Positions 45,261 through 55,176 of a stretch of 61,733 bases of DNA are shown here, piece after piece. The stretch covers positions 1 to 61,733 of the forward strand of contig JBQNBA010000001.1 of the NCBI GenBank assembly GCA_052170175.1, in the 5' to 3' direction. Each line of letters starts with the position of its first letter. Position 1 is the first letter of the stretch. The notes under the pieces were generated by a model. It ran no database searches and had not been told where the DNA came from. It saw nothing but the letters and a program-made list of their open reading frames with translations. A program made the position numbers and the translations under genes. This stretch comes from Sphaerochaetaceae bacterium (lineage in GTDB: Bacteria > Spirochaetota > Spirochaetia > Sphaerochaetales > Sphaerochaetaceae).

Positions 45261-46673
45261 TCAGAACCCTTTCGCTTCCCAGACTTGAAGCTGCTTCTCC
45301 ACGCTGGTCTTGGACGGGCCGCCCTCCGATGTGCGTCTGCCAAGGCAGTTGTCCAAGTCGATTGCTGTGAAAATATCGTTCTCAAACAGCCCGGAGAAGG
45401 TCTTGTAATCGTCAAGCGACATCGTTTCCAGCGTCTTGCCGTTTTTGATGGCCCAGCTGATGATTTCGCCGGTCAGCTTATAGGCTTCCCGGAACGGCAG
45501 CCCCTTGGCGCACAGGTAGTCGGCGCAGTCCGTGGCGTTTATGAAGCCTGTTGAGGCGGCGATGCGCATCGCAGTCTTGTTGACCGTCATGGTGGTTATC
45601 ATCGGAGCGAAGAGAGAGAGGCAATGCTTGACCGTGTCGATGCTGTCAAACAATGCTTCCTTGTCCTCCTGCATATCCTTGTTGTATGCAAGCGGAAGAC
45701 CCTTCATGGTTGTCAGGATTCCTATCAGATTTCCATAGACCCGGCCTGTCTTGCCGCGCACAAGCTCTGCCATGTCGGGGTTCTTCTTCTGGGGCATTAT
45801 GGATGAGCCTGTGCAGAATGCATCGTCAAAGGTTATGAAGCCGAATTCTGATGAGCAGTGGAGGATTATCTCTTCGCTCATCCGGGAAAGGTGCATCTGA
45901 ACCATGGATAGGGCGTAGCAGGCATCGGCAACGAAATCCCTGTCGGATACCGCATCGATGCTGTTGGGGATGATTGATGAGAACCCAAGCTGGGCGGCCG
46001 TCATCCTGCGGTCAATCGGGAACGAGGTTCCGGCAAGGGCCGCTGCTCCCAAAGGGGAGGAATCAGCGCTTTCCCGGGCGTTTTGCAGTCGTTTCATATC
46101 TCGCTCAAACATTCCGGCATAGGCGAGCAGGTAATGGGCGTACGTAACCGGCTGGGCCCGTTGAAGGTGCGTGTAGCCCGGCATGAGAGCATCTGTGCTG
46201 GCTCTGGCCTTGTCCACTATCGCCGAGATGAGCGATTTCAGCAGGGCCTCTGTCTCCTCAAGCTGGCCTTTCACGTGCATCCGCAGGTCAAGGGCGACCT
46301 GATCGTTGCGTGAGCGGGCGGTGTGAAGGCGCTTTGCAGGATTGCCGATTCTGCTGCCCATTTCGATTTCGATGAACGAATGGATGTCCTCGCTTGTCCG
46401 GTCGATTTCAAGCTTGCCGGAATCAATGTCGGATTTGATTGATCTCAGTGCCTTGATTATTGATTCTGCTTCGTTTTCTGGAATTATTCCTTGCTTTGCG
46501 AGCATCGTTGCATGGGCGATGGAACCGGCGATGTCCTCTTTGTACAGTCTGCTGTCAAAGGCTATGGAGCGATTGAAGGCATCGGCTTCCTTGTCGAGCG
46601 GCTTTGAGAATCTCCCCTCCCACAGCTTTGCCGACTTTGCCTTTGGCGCCTTGGCTCCTGGCTTCTTAGGCAT
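45261..46673 (-). CDS. argH: Argininosuccinate lyase
   Basis: LWEGRF N-terminus and the fumarate-lyase signature [12 protein letters not shown]. Confidence 0.9.
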   Translation of the reverse strand: MPKKPGAKAPKAKSAKLWEGRFSKPLDKEADAFNRSIAFDSRLYKEDIAGSIAHATMLAKQGIIPENEAESIIKALRSIKSDIDSGKLEIDRTSEDIHSFIEIEMGSRIGNPAKRLHTARSRNDQVALDLRMHVKGQLEETEALLKSLISAIVDKARASTDALMPGYTHLQRAQPVTYAHYLLAYAGMFERDMKRLQNARESADSSPLGAAALAGTSFPIDRRMTAAQLGFSSIIPNSIDAVSDRDFVADACYALSMVQMHLSRMSEEIILHCSSEFGFITFDDAFCTGSSIMPQKKNPDMAELVRGKTGRVYGNLIGILTTMKGLPLAYNKDMQEDKEALFDSIDTVKHCLSLFAPMITTMTVNKTAMRIAASTGFINATDCADYLCAKGLPFREAYKLTGEIISWAIKNGKTLETMSLDDYKTFSGLFENDIFTAIDLDNCLGRRTSEGGPSKTSVEKQLQVWEAKGF

Positions 46674-47901
46674 TTGCTTTCTCCTTCATCATGGCCATGA
46701 CCTTTATCGGCAATCCGAAGAGATTGATGAAGCCTGTGCTGTCGGCTTGGTTATAAACCTCATCCTCGCTGAATGTGGCGATGTTCTCATCGTAAAGCGA
46801 GTTCGGCGATGATATGCCGTCCGGAATCATGTTGCCTTTGTAAAGCTTGAGCTTCACTGTGCCGGTGACAGTCTCCTGTGTCTTGTCGACAAAGGCGCTT
46901 ATGGCCTCCCGCAGCGGGGTGAACCACTTGCCGTAGTATGTCAATTCGGCGAACTTCTGGGCAACCAGTGATTTGCAATGCATTGTGTCTCTGTCCAGCG
47001 TTATGGTCTCCAGCAGCTCATGCGCCTTGTAGAGAATCGCTCCGCCGGGTGTTTCGTACAAGCCCCGGCTCTTCATGCCCACAAGGCGGTTCTCCACCAT
47101 GTCCAGAAGTCCTATGCCGTTCTCTCCGCCTATCTTGTTGAGGTATTCCACCATTGCGACGGGCTCCATGGTCTTGCCGTCTATCTTGACCGGTATGCCT
47201 TTCTCGAATTCTATGCAGATATCCGCAGGCTTGTCCGGGGCCTTGTACGGGGAGACGCCCATCTCCAGGAAGCCGGGCTTGTCGTACTGAGGGGTGTTGG
47301 CTGGATTCTCAAGGTCGAGACCCTCATGGGAAAGATGCCACAGATTCTTGTCCTTTGAGTAATTTGTGCTTTTGGTTATCTTGAGGGGGACGTTGTGCGC
47401 CTCTGCGTATTCGATTTCCTCTTCCCGGCTCTTGATGTTCCATACCCTCCAAGGGGCTATCACGGGCATTTCCGGAGTGACTGATTTTATGGCGAGTTCG
47501 AAGCGCACCTGATCGTTGCCTTTCCCGGTGCATCCGTGGCAGATGGCGTCCGCTCCCTCTTCAAGCGCGATTTTTGCAAGCTGCTGGGCAATCAGAGGTC
47601 TTGCAAGCGCCGTTCCCAGAAGGTATTCGCCCTCGTATTTCGCCCCTGCCTTTAGCGCCGGCCAGATGTAGTCGGTGACGAATTCTTTCTTTAAGTCCAT
47701 CACTATGAGCTTGCTTGCGCCGGTCGCCAGCGCTTTTTCTTCAAGCCCATCAAGCTCTGAACCCTGACCCACATCTCCGGACACGGCTATGACTTCGCAG
47801 CCTTTGTAGTTTTCCTTGAGCCATGGGATTATCACGGAGGTATCCAGACCGCCGGAATAGGCGAGAACGATTTTCTTGAGATTCTTTTTTTCTTGTTTCA
47901 T
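46666..47901 (-). CDS. argG: Argininosuccinate synthase
   Basis: [12 protein letters not shown]-binding motif, plus the [13 protein letters not shown] and SHEGL blocks. It overlaps argH by 8 nt. Confidence 0.9.
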   Translation of the reverse strand: MKQEKKNLKKIVLAYSGGLDTSVIIPWLKENYKGCEVIAVSGDVGQGSELDGLEEKALATGASKLIVMDLKKEFVTDYIWPALKAGAKYEGEYLLGTALARPLIAQQLAKIALEEGADAICHGCTGKGNDQVRFELAIKSVTPEMPVIAPWRVWNIKSREEEIEYAEAHNVPLKITKSTNYSKDKNLWHLSHEGLDLENPANTPQYDKPGFLEMGVSPYKAPDKPADICIEFEKGIPVKIDGKTMEPVAMVEYLNKIGGENGIGLLDMVENRLVGMKSRGLYETPGGAILYKAHELLETITLDRDTMHCKSLVAQKFAELTYYGKWFTPLREAISAFVDKTQETVTGTVKLKLYKGNMIPDGISSPNSLYDENIATFSEDEVYNQADSTGFINLFGLPIKVMAMMKEKANA

Positions 47902-47920
47902 ATCAGCATCCTTTGCATTG

Positions 47921-47970
47921 TTGTCTGCTCGTGCATAAATATTTAATTAATATTGATAATATGCAGACAA
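47921..47970. promoter_or_regulatory. 50-bp AT-rich palindromic region 20-70 bp upstream of argG (candidate operator)
   Basis: Perfect 8-bp arms TTGTCTGC / GCAGACAA flank TGCATAAATATTTAATTAATATTGATAATATGCA. Confidence 0.35.
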
Positions 47971-48001
47971 TATACCAAAAAAGATATTGATTCAAGGGGT
48001 T

Positions 48002-48019
48002 TTAGAATAAATATTCAAT
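48002..48019. promoter_or_regulatory. ARG-box-like site TTAGAATAAATATTCAAT
   Basis: 17 of 18 positions match the E. coli-type ARG box consensus TNTGAATWWWWATTCANW. It lies about 100 nt upstream of argG. Confidence 0.35.
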
Positions 48020-48148
48020 ATTTTGCATGGTACGAGGCGATTCTGCCCATGGCTGCGGTTTTGCTTATGGCCTTGACTTCGGTCTTGGCCTCGGCCTTGG
48101 CTTCAAGCTTGACCTCGCACGGTTCTTTAAAGCTGAACCGGGGGCTTG

Positions 48149-48937
48149 TCAGTTCTCCTTCCATTCCTCAATCATAAGTTCTGCCGAGCGGTTCATCTCC
48201 GCCATGAAGGCGCTCATGTGCTTTTTGAAATAGTATCTGTCAGCGATGCTGCCGGTATTGTTGAAAGGAAGCTGGTGGGTTGCGCGGAATCCTTCTTCAT
48301 GCGCCTTGTATGCTTTTTCAAGTTGCTTAAGATGCGGCTCAATGTATTCATTTTCCATGAAAATGGCATCGGCGGGGCATCTTGGCGTAAGGTTGGAAGT
48401 CGCTCTGTTTTCATTCTTTGGATAGCCGATTATAAGCATGCAGGCCACCATGACGTTAGGCTTGAGGTTCAGAAGAGTCTTCATTTCCTCGTGATTTTCC
48501 AGAACATCGCCTATATAGCACGAGCCAAGCCCCAGGGATTCGGCGGCAACGACGCAGTTCTGCGCCGCTATTATGGCATCCTGCATGGCCAGATGCATGT
48601 CGCCCAAGCCTAGCTTTCTGGGCTGGATGCCTTGCTCCAGTCCTTTTGCAACCGAGCCGGCCTCCTTGTAGAAGTTCTCCCATTTTAGACAGTCAGCCAG
48701 AAACACCCACACAAGAGGGGCGTTGGCTATCATGATCTGGTTGTCGCACAGCCTTGCCAGTTCTTTCTTTTTTTCGGGCGAAGTGACCTCCACTATGGAG
48801 TAGAACATCTGGTTTCCCGCCGTGGGCGCGCGGAGCGTTGCGCTCTTGAGGGTTTGAAGAGTTGCTTCATCTACAGCTCTGCTGGAGAAGGCTCTGAGGC
48901 TTTGCCGTTTGGTTATCAGTTCAATTGCAGGATTCAT
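48149..48937 (-). CDS. NfsA/Frp-type NADPH-dependent nitroreductase-family oxidoreductase
   Basis: N-terminus RQSLRAFSS...APTAGNQMFYSIVEV and a C-terminal extension typical of the NfsA group. Confidence 0.75.
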   Translation of the reverse strand: MNPAIELITKRQSLRAFSSRAVDEATLQTLKSATLRAPTAGNQMFYSIVEVTSPEKKKELARLCDNQIMIANAPLVWVFLADCLKWENFYKEAGSVAKGLEQGIQPRKLGLGDMHLAMQDAIIAAQNCVVAAESLGLGSCYIGDVLENHEEMKTLLNLKPNVMVACMLIIGYPKNENRATSNLTPRCPADAIFMENEYIEPHLKQLEKAYKAHEEGFRATHQLPFNNTGSIADRYYFKKHMSAFMAEMNRSAELMIEEWKEN

Positions 48938-49023
48938 GGATTCACTATACCACAGACAGCCTGATTCGAGGCAGGGGTTTCAGTGCATTCAGTGCATTCA
49001 GCACATTCGGCGTATTTGCGCAT

Positions 49024-49078
49024 TTTTTGGCTCTTCACGGATTTCTGTGGGATTGACATTCTCGAGACTGGCCATGGC
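49024..49078 (+). repeat. Dispersed intergenic repeat, copy c
   Basis: TTTTTTGGCTCTTCACGGATTTCTGTGGGATTGACATTCTCGAGACTGGCCATGGC. Confidence 0.9.
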
Positions 49079-49121
49079 TGGTTCGATTCGCTCTGAGAAG
49101 ACACGGGAAGTTCCGATTGGG

Positions 49122-50462
49122 TTATTTGTCAAGGTTTGATATCCAGTCTTCAATCAGCTTGAGGACATCATCGCGCATCGGCTCTCCGGCTGTCGCGTAT
49201 TCCGTTGCCATGCCGGTCGTGGCGGACTGGAACAGGTGGTTCACCCCATCGATGCAGATGACAGCTGATTTGCCGTTCCCTGCTGTTTTTATGGCTTGCC
49301 TCGCCAGCGGGGCGTTGAGCGCGCAGGAAACCTGGGTGTCAAGCGAGCCGTACAGGCAGAGCGCAGGGCATTTTGCCTTGGAAAGGAATGCGCCGGAATC
49401 GGTTTTCAGGAATTCTCGGTACCAAGGGGAGAAAAGTGTCTGCATCTGGGCTTCTATCGCCTCCCTCGGCATTCCGGTTTTATCAAGGAGCCTGCGGACT
49501 TCGGATTTCCTGTCTTCCTCGCTGCGTGATTCGTCCGTCACAGCGGAGAATATCTGCTTGTTTGTCCGCTGGGCGCTGGCTATGACAAGCGGGCCGGCTT
49601 TCCGGGTCTTCAATGCGGTTTCATTCTGGTCAAGCACTATCTGCAAGCCGGTTGCGGCCGGGCCGGCAAGGCATATGATGAAACTGATGTCATCATCTTC
49701 CGCCGCTATCATGGCGGCTATTGTTCCACCCTCGCTGTGGCCTGCAAGTCCTACGCCGCTGACGTAGCTTTGCCGTCTAAGGTATTCCACCGCCCCCAAG
49801 GCATCCCGGCAGAGGTCACGGGTGGTGGCGTTGCTTGCATCGCCCTCGGATGAGCCGAATCCACGGTCGTCATAACGCAGAACCACCAGTCCTGCCTTGG
49901 CAAGGGCATCGGCGATTCTTTTGAAAGGCTTGAGACCGTATATCGTTTCGTCTCTGTCCTGGGAGCCTGAGCCGGTTATCAGCACAACGGCTTGATGCGG
50001 CGACCGGTCATCAGGCCGCGTTATCGTGCCTGATATGGTGAAGCCTTCCTTTGCGTTTCTGAATGTCACATCTTGGACTATGTACGGCGGGCTTTCCTCC
50101 TGCGGCGGAGCGTCCTGGGCCGTTTCGGTCGTTCGCGGGGTGAAGCTAATGCTGAAATCTTTTCCGGCTTGAGTGTATGTTCCGACGTATGCATCATTAT
50201 CCCAAACGCCTGAGAATGATGCGTTCATTGCCTTGAAATCGATATTAAGGACACCGTTCGCAAGCTCATAGGTCAGAGGGATTCCATAGGCGTTCTGCTC
50301 CGGGACATCCAGCGTGCCGCTTTTGACGTCATCAAGATGCACGATGAGGGTGAGGGCTCCCAGAAGCTTGCCTTCCAGTTCAGCTCCTGCCGCCGTGGTG
50401 ATGCAGGCGATGCCGAGAATCACCGCCATCAGAACAGCCGCTGGTTTACTGTGCCGTTCCAT
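49122..50462 (-). CDS. Secreted alpha/beta-hydrolase-fold protein
   Basis: Signal peptide (MERHSKPAAVLMAVILGIACITTAAGA) and the nucleophile elbow GLAGHSEGG. Start at ATG 50462 behind AGGAGG. Confidence 0.7.
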   Translation of the reverse strand: MERHSKPAAVLMAVILGIACITTAAGAELEGKLLGALTLIVHLDDVKSGTLDVPEQNAYGIPLTYELANGVLNIDFKAMNASFSGVWDNDAYVGTYTQAGKDFSISFTPRTTETAQDAPPQEESPPYIVQDVTFRNAKEGFTISGTITRPDDRSPHQAVVLITGSGSQDRDETIYGLKPFKRIADALAKAGLVVLRYDDRGFGSSEGDASNATTRDLCRDALGAVEYLRRQSYVSGVGLAGHSEGGTIAAMIAAEDDDISFIICLAGPAATGLQIVLDQNETALKTRKAGPLVIASAQRTNKQIFSAVTDESRSEEDRKSEVRRLLDKTGMPREAIEAQMQTLFSPWYREFLKTDSGAFLSKAKCPALCLYGSLDTQVSCALNAPLARQAIKTAGNGKSAVICIDGVNHLFQSATTGMATEYATAGEPMRDDVLKLIEDWISNLDK

Positions 50463-50478
50463 CGTGCTCCTCCTTCGC

Positions 50479-51447
50479 TTAATTGTCCTCGTACTGCCCA
50501 AGAACCTTGCGGAGATAGCCGCAGAATTTGTTCTTGAATGAAAGCGGCTCGATTATCTTTGCGGAGGCCCCGCATTGGATGATTCTGAGCAGCAGCTCTA
50601 TGGAATTCTCGACCTTCATCCTACATATGTATGACCCATCTTTCTGGGGCGTCAGCTCCGGAACGGAGTGGGCAAGGGTGACAAAGGCATTGATGGCGGA
50701 TTTCTCCTTTAGATGCAGCACAAGAGGCACCATGTCCGGAGAGGCCATCTCTTCTGATTCCGACTTTTTCTTGAATGCCTTGAGGTTGTCCGGAATGGTA
50801 TAGGTTTCATTAAGGATTTCGGCGCTCAGTATGTCTGCTATCTCAAGCGTTTCTATGTTGGTTGTGTGGCGGAGCCTGCCGGTGACGCTTATGGGGTTGC
50901 GTCCGTCCTCGCTTTCCATGAAGCCGATGAAATACGGGGCGAATTCCGTCTCTTCGATTCCCGCCGCCGTCTGATGGCGCACCTTGACGATTTTTCCGGA
51001 TACCCAGCCGTCTATCATGGCCTCCATGACCACATTGTACTGGTTTGAGTCCTCCTGCTTCACAATCTTCTTGTCAATCTCTTCGGCAAGCTTCATTATG
51101 TCTGCGCTCACCGATGGGGCGTACGCTGCCATGTGCATGGCTATCTTTCTGAGACCGGTCACCAGATGCGGATTCTGAACATCGGTCTTGCTGGCAAGCA
51201 TCTTGGCGCTCATGTTGAAGGCCAGGCACTCGTATACGCTGAGATTAAGCGGCTCGTCATCCGGTTTCTTCGCAAGTTTTATAAGATTGTTGTCCTCTGT
51301 CAGCTCGGTGTATTTCTTAAGTTCCTCGACGTATCGGCTTACGGTGGAGCGGTGGACTCCTATCCGTCTGGCTATCTCGGCCTTTCGCATCCCTTCCGGA
51401 TGCGAATGAAGCAGCAGCTCAAGCTGCGCGACTTTTTCGCCTTTCAT
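50479..51447 (-). CDS. HTH plus WYL-like plus WCX-domain transcriptional regulator (YafY/BrxR/CapW-like)
   Basis: N-terminal HTH MRKAEIARRIGVHRSTVSRYVEEL, a central WYL-type beta-domain pattern (KIVKVRH...FAPYFIGF...ISVTGRL) and a C-terminal WCX-like segment (DGSYICRMKV...AKIIEPLSF). Confidence 0.6.
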   Translation of the reverse strand: MKGEKVAQLELLLHSHPEGMRKAEIARRIGVHRSTVSRYVEELKKYTELTEDNNLIKLAKKPDDEPLNLSVYECLAFNMSAKMLASKTDVQNPHLVTGLRKIAMHMAAYAPSVSADIMKLAEEIDKKIVKQEDSNQYNVVMEAMIDGWVSGKIVKVRHQTAAGIEETEFAPYFIGFMESEDGRNPISVTGRLRHTTNIETLEIADILSAEILNETYTIPDNLKAFKKKSESEEMASPDMVPLVLHLKEKSAINAFVTLAHSVPELTPQKDGSYICRMKVENSIELLLRIIQCGASAKIIEPLSFKNKFCGYLRKVLGQYEDN

Positions 51448-51627
51448 CTCTTTCTCCTCGCTTTTGTTGAATAGAATTATAACATTAATACAACAATTCA
51501 CAAGAAAAAATACAACAAATAGCAACAATGCTGCAACAAATTGCGTCTAGACTGAGCGGGCGGTCGGTTTGTCAGGTGGAAAGAATCTCCTTTGCTTTTC
51601 CTAAATAATACTCAAGTAATTCTGACA

Positions 51628-53316
51628 TTACGCCATTAACCATTGCGCAACGCACTTTTGAATTTTATTATTCCAGTCGTTTTCATCGACAGCAAGCTCT
51701 TCTTGCCGCATAAGTTCGTCAAGAAACTGCTTGATATCATGCGGCGTAGGCTGTGAGGGATGATTGTATGAATTTTCCACAAGGCGCATGAACTGGTCTA
51801 ATTCAAGTGGTATTATCTTTGTTTTGCCACCATAATAAGATATATCCATTTTATTCAGTGCAAAAAAATGAGCTAAGCTCGCTTTGTTGATAGAAGGAGC
51901 AATGAACAGGCAGTATGCTTCTTTGCCGGTTCTTTTCTTTATTTGTCCCAGATGGCGTGCTACGGTTTCGCTCTCGCTCTCATATTGGCGTTGCCCTTGC
52001 TGCATCGTAACTTCAACTGAAAGCACAAAATCATTATAATCGCATTCAATGTCAGGCAGGTTGCCCGATGCAGTTGAAAGGGGTTGCCCTGCATCATCAA
52101 ACTTAAAGTTTCCTTTTATATTTCCACCGTCAAGCATTGTCATAGCTCGCCACGTATTGTATTCCAGCATCAATGGCGCATCATAGTATCCATCAGAAAT
52201 AATTTCATTATAGGTATCGATGATTTCTGAATATAAGGCATAAGACTTGATTGCTGTCACCTGTTCTTTTATAACAGCTTCTTTACGCTCCGCAATAATA
52301 GCATCGCGCATATCTTTTATTTCCTCTATGCTTTTCCCTGCGAGCTGCCTTTGTGTATAATCACTTATACGCATTAAATGGTCAATGACATTTGTAATAT
52401 TATCAACGTACAGCGTAGGAGCTGAGGCATTAAACAAGTAGTCTTTGTATCTTCCCTCATCATCGACAAACACAGGATTACGGTTTATATTTGCGAGGAT
52501 AAAATTAACTTCTTTCAACTTGTCAGAATAAAATGAAATGGAACGATTCTTATGGGAAATTGAAACAAGACCTGTATACCGAAGATATCTAAAACAAGCA
52601 TCTGCATAGTCCCGAGCATTGTTTTTCTTAGTGTTCAAAAACTTTTTCAGACTTTTGTCTGACGTTTCGCGTGTTCGGGTTTCCCCTGCATCTATAGCAT
52701 CGGCATATGTCTGTAAAAGAGCCTCGGTCCATTTTTCATCGATTAGCTTTTTGTATTGCCTCTTATGTGATTCTTTTTCTTTCCGGAATGAAATAATGGC
52801 ATTCTTGACCGTATCGTATTTTCTATAATCTGTCAGCATCAGTGCAAAAATCTTTAATTCATCAAAAGACAGGCTTTGCAAGTCTCTAATAAGCCTCATG
52901 ATTTCTAAATACGGCTTAATAAAGAAATTCCCTTCAATCTTCGTTGTTTCAATGTGATAAGGTGATGGTAATTGAAATTTCAGCAGCTGGCGCAGAAATG
53001 TTTCTTGCGGACGTTTTCCGAATATTAATGCCTTTCCCGCATCAGTCAATTCAATTTTCGGGGATAGTTCAATAAAGCCTAACGCCTTTGGCGCACGGTT
53101 GATTCTATCCCTTGCGCTGAAATCCTTGTTGTCTGACGAACCGCTACCCTCAAAGAACCCCGACCGAGCTAGAAGATTGATAAACTCAATTTGCGATTGC
53201 TTATTCCATTTTCGCCCTGCGAAATGTTCATTTAATAACTGTATCTCCGGTATTATTTTAGACGGAGTTCTAGGTGATGTTGTAAAGAATAAGGTTTTAT
53301 TTTTCAAGTATGCCAT
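51628..53316 (-). CDS. Putative type II/IIS restriction endonuclease (AlwI-family-like), 562 aa
   Basis: It sits 17 nt downstream of a Dam-like methyltransferase gene in an AT-rich block. The N-terminus FFTTSPRTPSKIIPEI...WNKQSQIEF resembles my recollection of AlwI-family N-termini. The C-terminal third has a PD...EVT nuclease-like motif (LPDIECDYNDFVLSVEVT). Confidence 0.5.
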   Translation of the reverse strand: MAYLKNKTLFFTTSPRTPSKIIPEIQLLNEHFAGRKWNKQSQIEFINLLARSGFFEGSGSSDNKDFSARDRINRAPKALGFIELSPKIELTDAGKALIFGKRPQETFLRQLLKFQLPSPYHIETTKIEGNFFIKPYLEIMRLIRDLQSLSFDELKIFALMLTDYRKYDTVKNAIISFRKEKESHKRQYKKLIDEKWTEALLQTYADAIDAGETRTRETSDKSLKKFLNTKKNNARDYADACFRYLRYTGLVSISHKNRSISFYSDKLKEVNFILANINRNPVFVDDEGRYKDYLFNASAPTLYVDNITNVIDHLMRISDYTQRQLAGKSIEEIKDMRDAIIAERKEAVIKEQVTAIKSYALYSEIIDTYNEIISDGYYDAPLMLEYNTWRAMTMLDGGNIKGNFKFDDAGQPLSTASGNLPDIECDYNDFVLSVEVTMQQGQRQYESESETVARHLGQIKKRTGKEAYCLFIAPSINKASLAHFFALNKMDISYYGGKTKIIPLELDQFMRLVENSYNHPSQPTPHDIKQFLDELMRQEELAVDENDWNNKIQKCVAQWLMA

Positions 53317-53333
53317 ATGCTCACCCTTTCATT

Positions 53334-54191
53334 TTAATAGTTCTTGACAACAATATGAAGTTTATCATTATTAAAACGATTCTTAATATTCACAGCGTAG
53401 TTTTTATAATATTCATCAAAAATATAATTACTGTATAGCTCCGTCGTTAATGGGGTTTTGCCTATAACCATAAGCGCACGGCATGAAAGATTTTTAAAAT
53501 CAGCAGCTAACCGTCTATGCTCTGTTTCGTCAAAACCGTTCATCATGTCAATGTTGCCATAATCATTAAACACACAATCATACGGAGGGTCGAGAAAAAT
53601 AAAATCATTCTCTCCAGCCATATCAAATATTTTGCTATAATCAAGATTATAAATCTCTGCACCACGCAATAAATAACTATGCTGTGCTGTAATTAATTGC
53701 GTATTAAGATTAGGATAGTGTCCGAATGGCACATTATATTCTCCGTTGCTATTATATCTAATCATGCCGGAATATGCTGTCTTATTAATAAAGAAATACA
53801 CGACGCTGTCTAGATAGCTACCATCGGGGTGGTTAAAAAGCTCTCGCATTTTATAATATAAATCTTCATTCGCATTGGGCAAGTGTTCGTCGGGTTTCTG
53901 CGATTTCAACTGCTTGAAAGCAATTTGGTTGTCCTCATATATGCGCTGTATTTTATCAAGCTGCATTCGCATTTCCTGGTAATTATCGCGCAATTGACGA
54001 TAGAATAACGCAAGTCGTTTATTGACATCATTAATAATGGCTGATTCAGGCTCAAGAAAGAAATAGACAGCTCCGCCACCAAAGAATGGTTCAATATATC
54101 TGTCAAAGTCATCTGGGATATAATGTAGAAAGCGAGGGATTTCCCGCGATTTTCCACCTCTATATTTTAACACTGGGTTCATTCGCGGCAC
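53334..54191 (-). CDS. Dam-like (D12 class, alpha-group) N6-adenine DNA methyltransferase
   Basis: KYRGGKSREI, motif I EPFFGGGAVYF and motif IV FLDPPYD, in alpha order. Confidence 0.85.
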   Translation of the reverse strand: MPRMNPVLKYRGGKSREIPRFLHYIPDDFDRYIEPFFGGGAVYFFLEPESAIINDVNKRLALFYRQLRDNYQEMRMQLDKIQRIYEDNQIAFKQLKSQKPDEHLPNANEDLYYKMRELFNHPDGSYLDSVVYFFINKTAYSGMIRYNSNGEYNVPFGHYPNLNTQLITAQHSYLLRGAEIYNLDYSKIFDMAGENDFIFLDPPYDCVFNDYGNIDMMNGFDETEHRRLAADFKNLSCRALMVIGKTPLTTELYSNYIFDEYYKNYAVNIKNRFNNDKLHIVVKNY

Positions 54192-54370
54192 CTCATTTTC
54201 TATAATATAAAGACTCTATACTGAAAATATAGCATATTGATTAGGAAAATAGTAGCATTTTTTTTCTTAAACGACTCAACGAAACGACTTTTTTCTGTGT
54301 AGGCTGTGGCTGTTCGTATTGATTCTTTCATAGTATTGTTCAGGAGTGCCAAGAATGCTATCATGCAGCC

Positions 54371-54562
54371 ATGGACGATCATATAACCGAGTTGCAGATA
54401 AAGTTCTCCTATCTTGAGGATGAAGCCGCTGCTTTGAACAAGATAGTGACCGCCCAGCAGAGCCTTGTCGATGCCCTTGAGAGGAAGGTCCGTGCGCTTG
54501 AGAAGCGCATCGAGGAGCTTGAAGAAGAGGGCAAGCCTGACAGAAGGCCGCCGCATTATTGA
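54371..54562 (+). CDS. slyX: SlyX-family coiled-coil protein
   Basis: 63-aa coiled coil ending RRPPHY, like the PPPHY terminus of E. coli SlyX. Confidence 0.7.
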   Translation: MDDHITELQIKFSYLEDEAAALNKIVTAQQSLVDALERKVRALEKRIEELEEEGKPDRRPPHY

Positions 54563-54574
54563 TTTGAAGGGGGA

Positions 54575-55135
54575 ATGGGTATGACAGTAGCTATCATAAT
54601 CGCCGTGGTTGTCATTCTCGCATTGTATGTTATAGGCTGTTATAACAAATTCGTGACGCTTAAGAATCAGGCGGAGGAATCTGTATCGCAGATTGACGCC
54701 CATCTTAAGCAGAGATATGACCTTGTGCCGAATCTGGTGGAAACGGTGAAAGGGTATGCGAAGCATGAATCAAGCACTTTGGAGGCCGTGATAAAGGCTC
54801 GCAATGCCGGGCTTGGCGCCACAACCCTCCAGGAGAAGGATCAGGCGGCGGCAGGACTGACCGGTGCGCTCAAGCAGCTTTTCGCCTTGAGTGAATCATA
54901 CCCGGAGCTTAAGGCGAACGAGGGCTTTGTGAATCTCCAGAGCCAGCTCATGGCGTTGGAGGATAAGATTCTAAGCGCCCGCAAGTACTACAATGCCGTG
55001 GTCAAGACTTTCAACACCGCTATACAGGTGTTTCCGGGGTCTGTGGTCGCCGGTCTCTTTGGTGGGAAATTCGCCAAGCTGGAGTATCTGCAGATTGAGG
55101 ATGAGGCCAAGCAGAACGTGAAGGTTCAGTTCTGA
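54575..55135 (+). CDS. lemA: LemA-family membrane protein
   Basis: N-terminal TM helix followed by YNKFVTLKNQAEESVSQIDAHLKQRYDLVPNLVETVKGYAKHE and ARKYYNAVVKTFNT. An alternative start is at 54581. Confidence 0.85.
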   Translation: MGMTVAIIIAVVVILALYVIGCYNKFVTLKNQAEESVSQIDAHLKQRYDLVPNLVETVKGYAKHESSTLEAVIKARNAGLGATTLQEKDQAAAGLTGALKQLFALSESYPELKANEGFVNLQSQLMALEDKILSARKYYNAVVKTFNTAIQVFPGSVVAGLFGGKFAKLEYLQIEDEAKQNVKVQF

Positions 55136-55176
55136 GCCTTGCCATTCATGAAGCTTGCCTTGGGGTGATATTTGAC

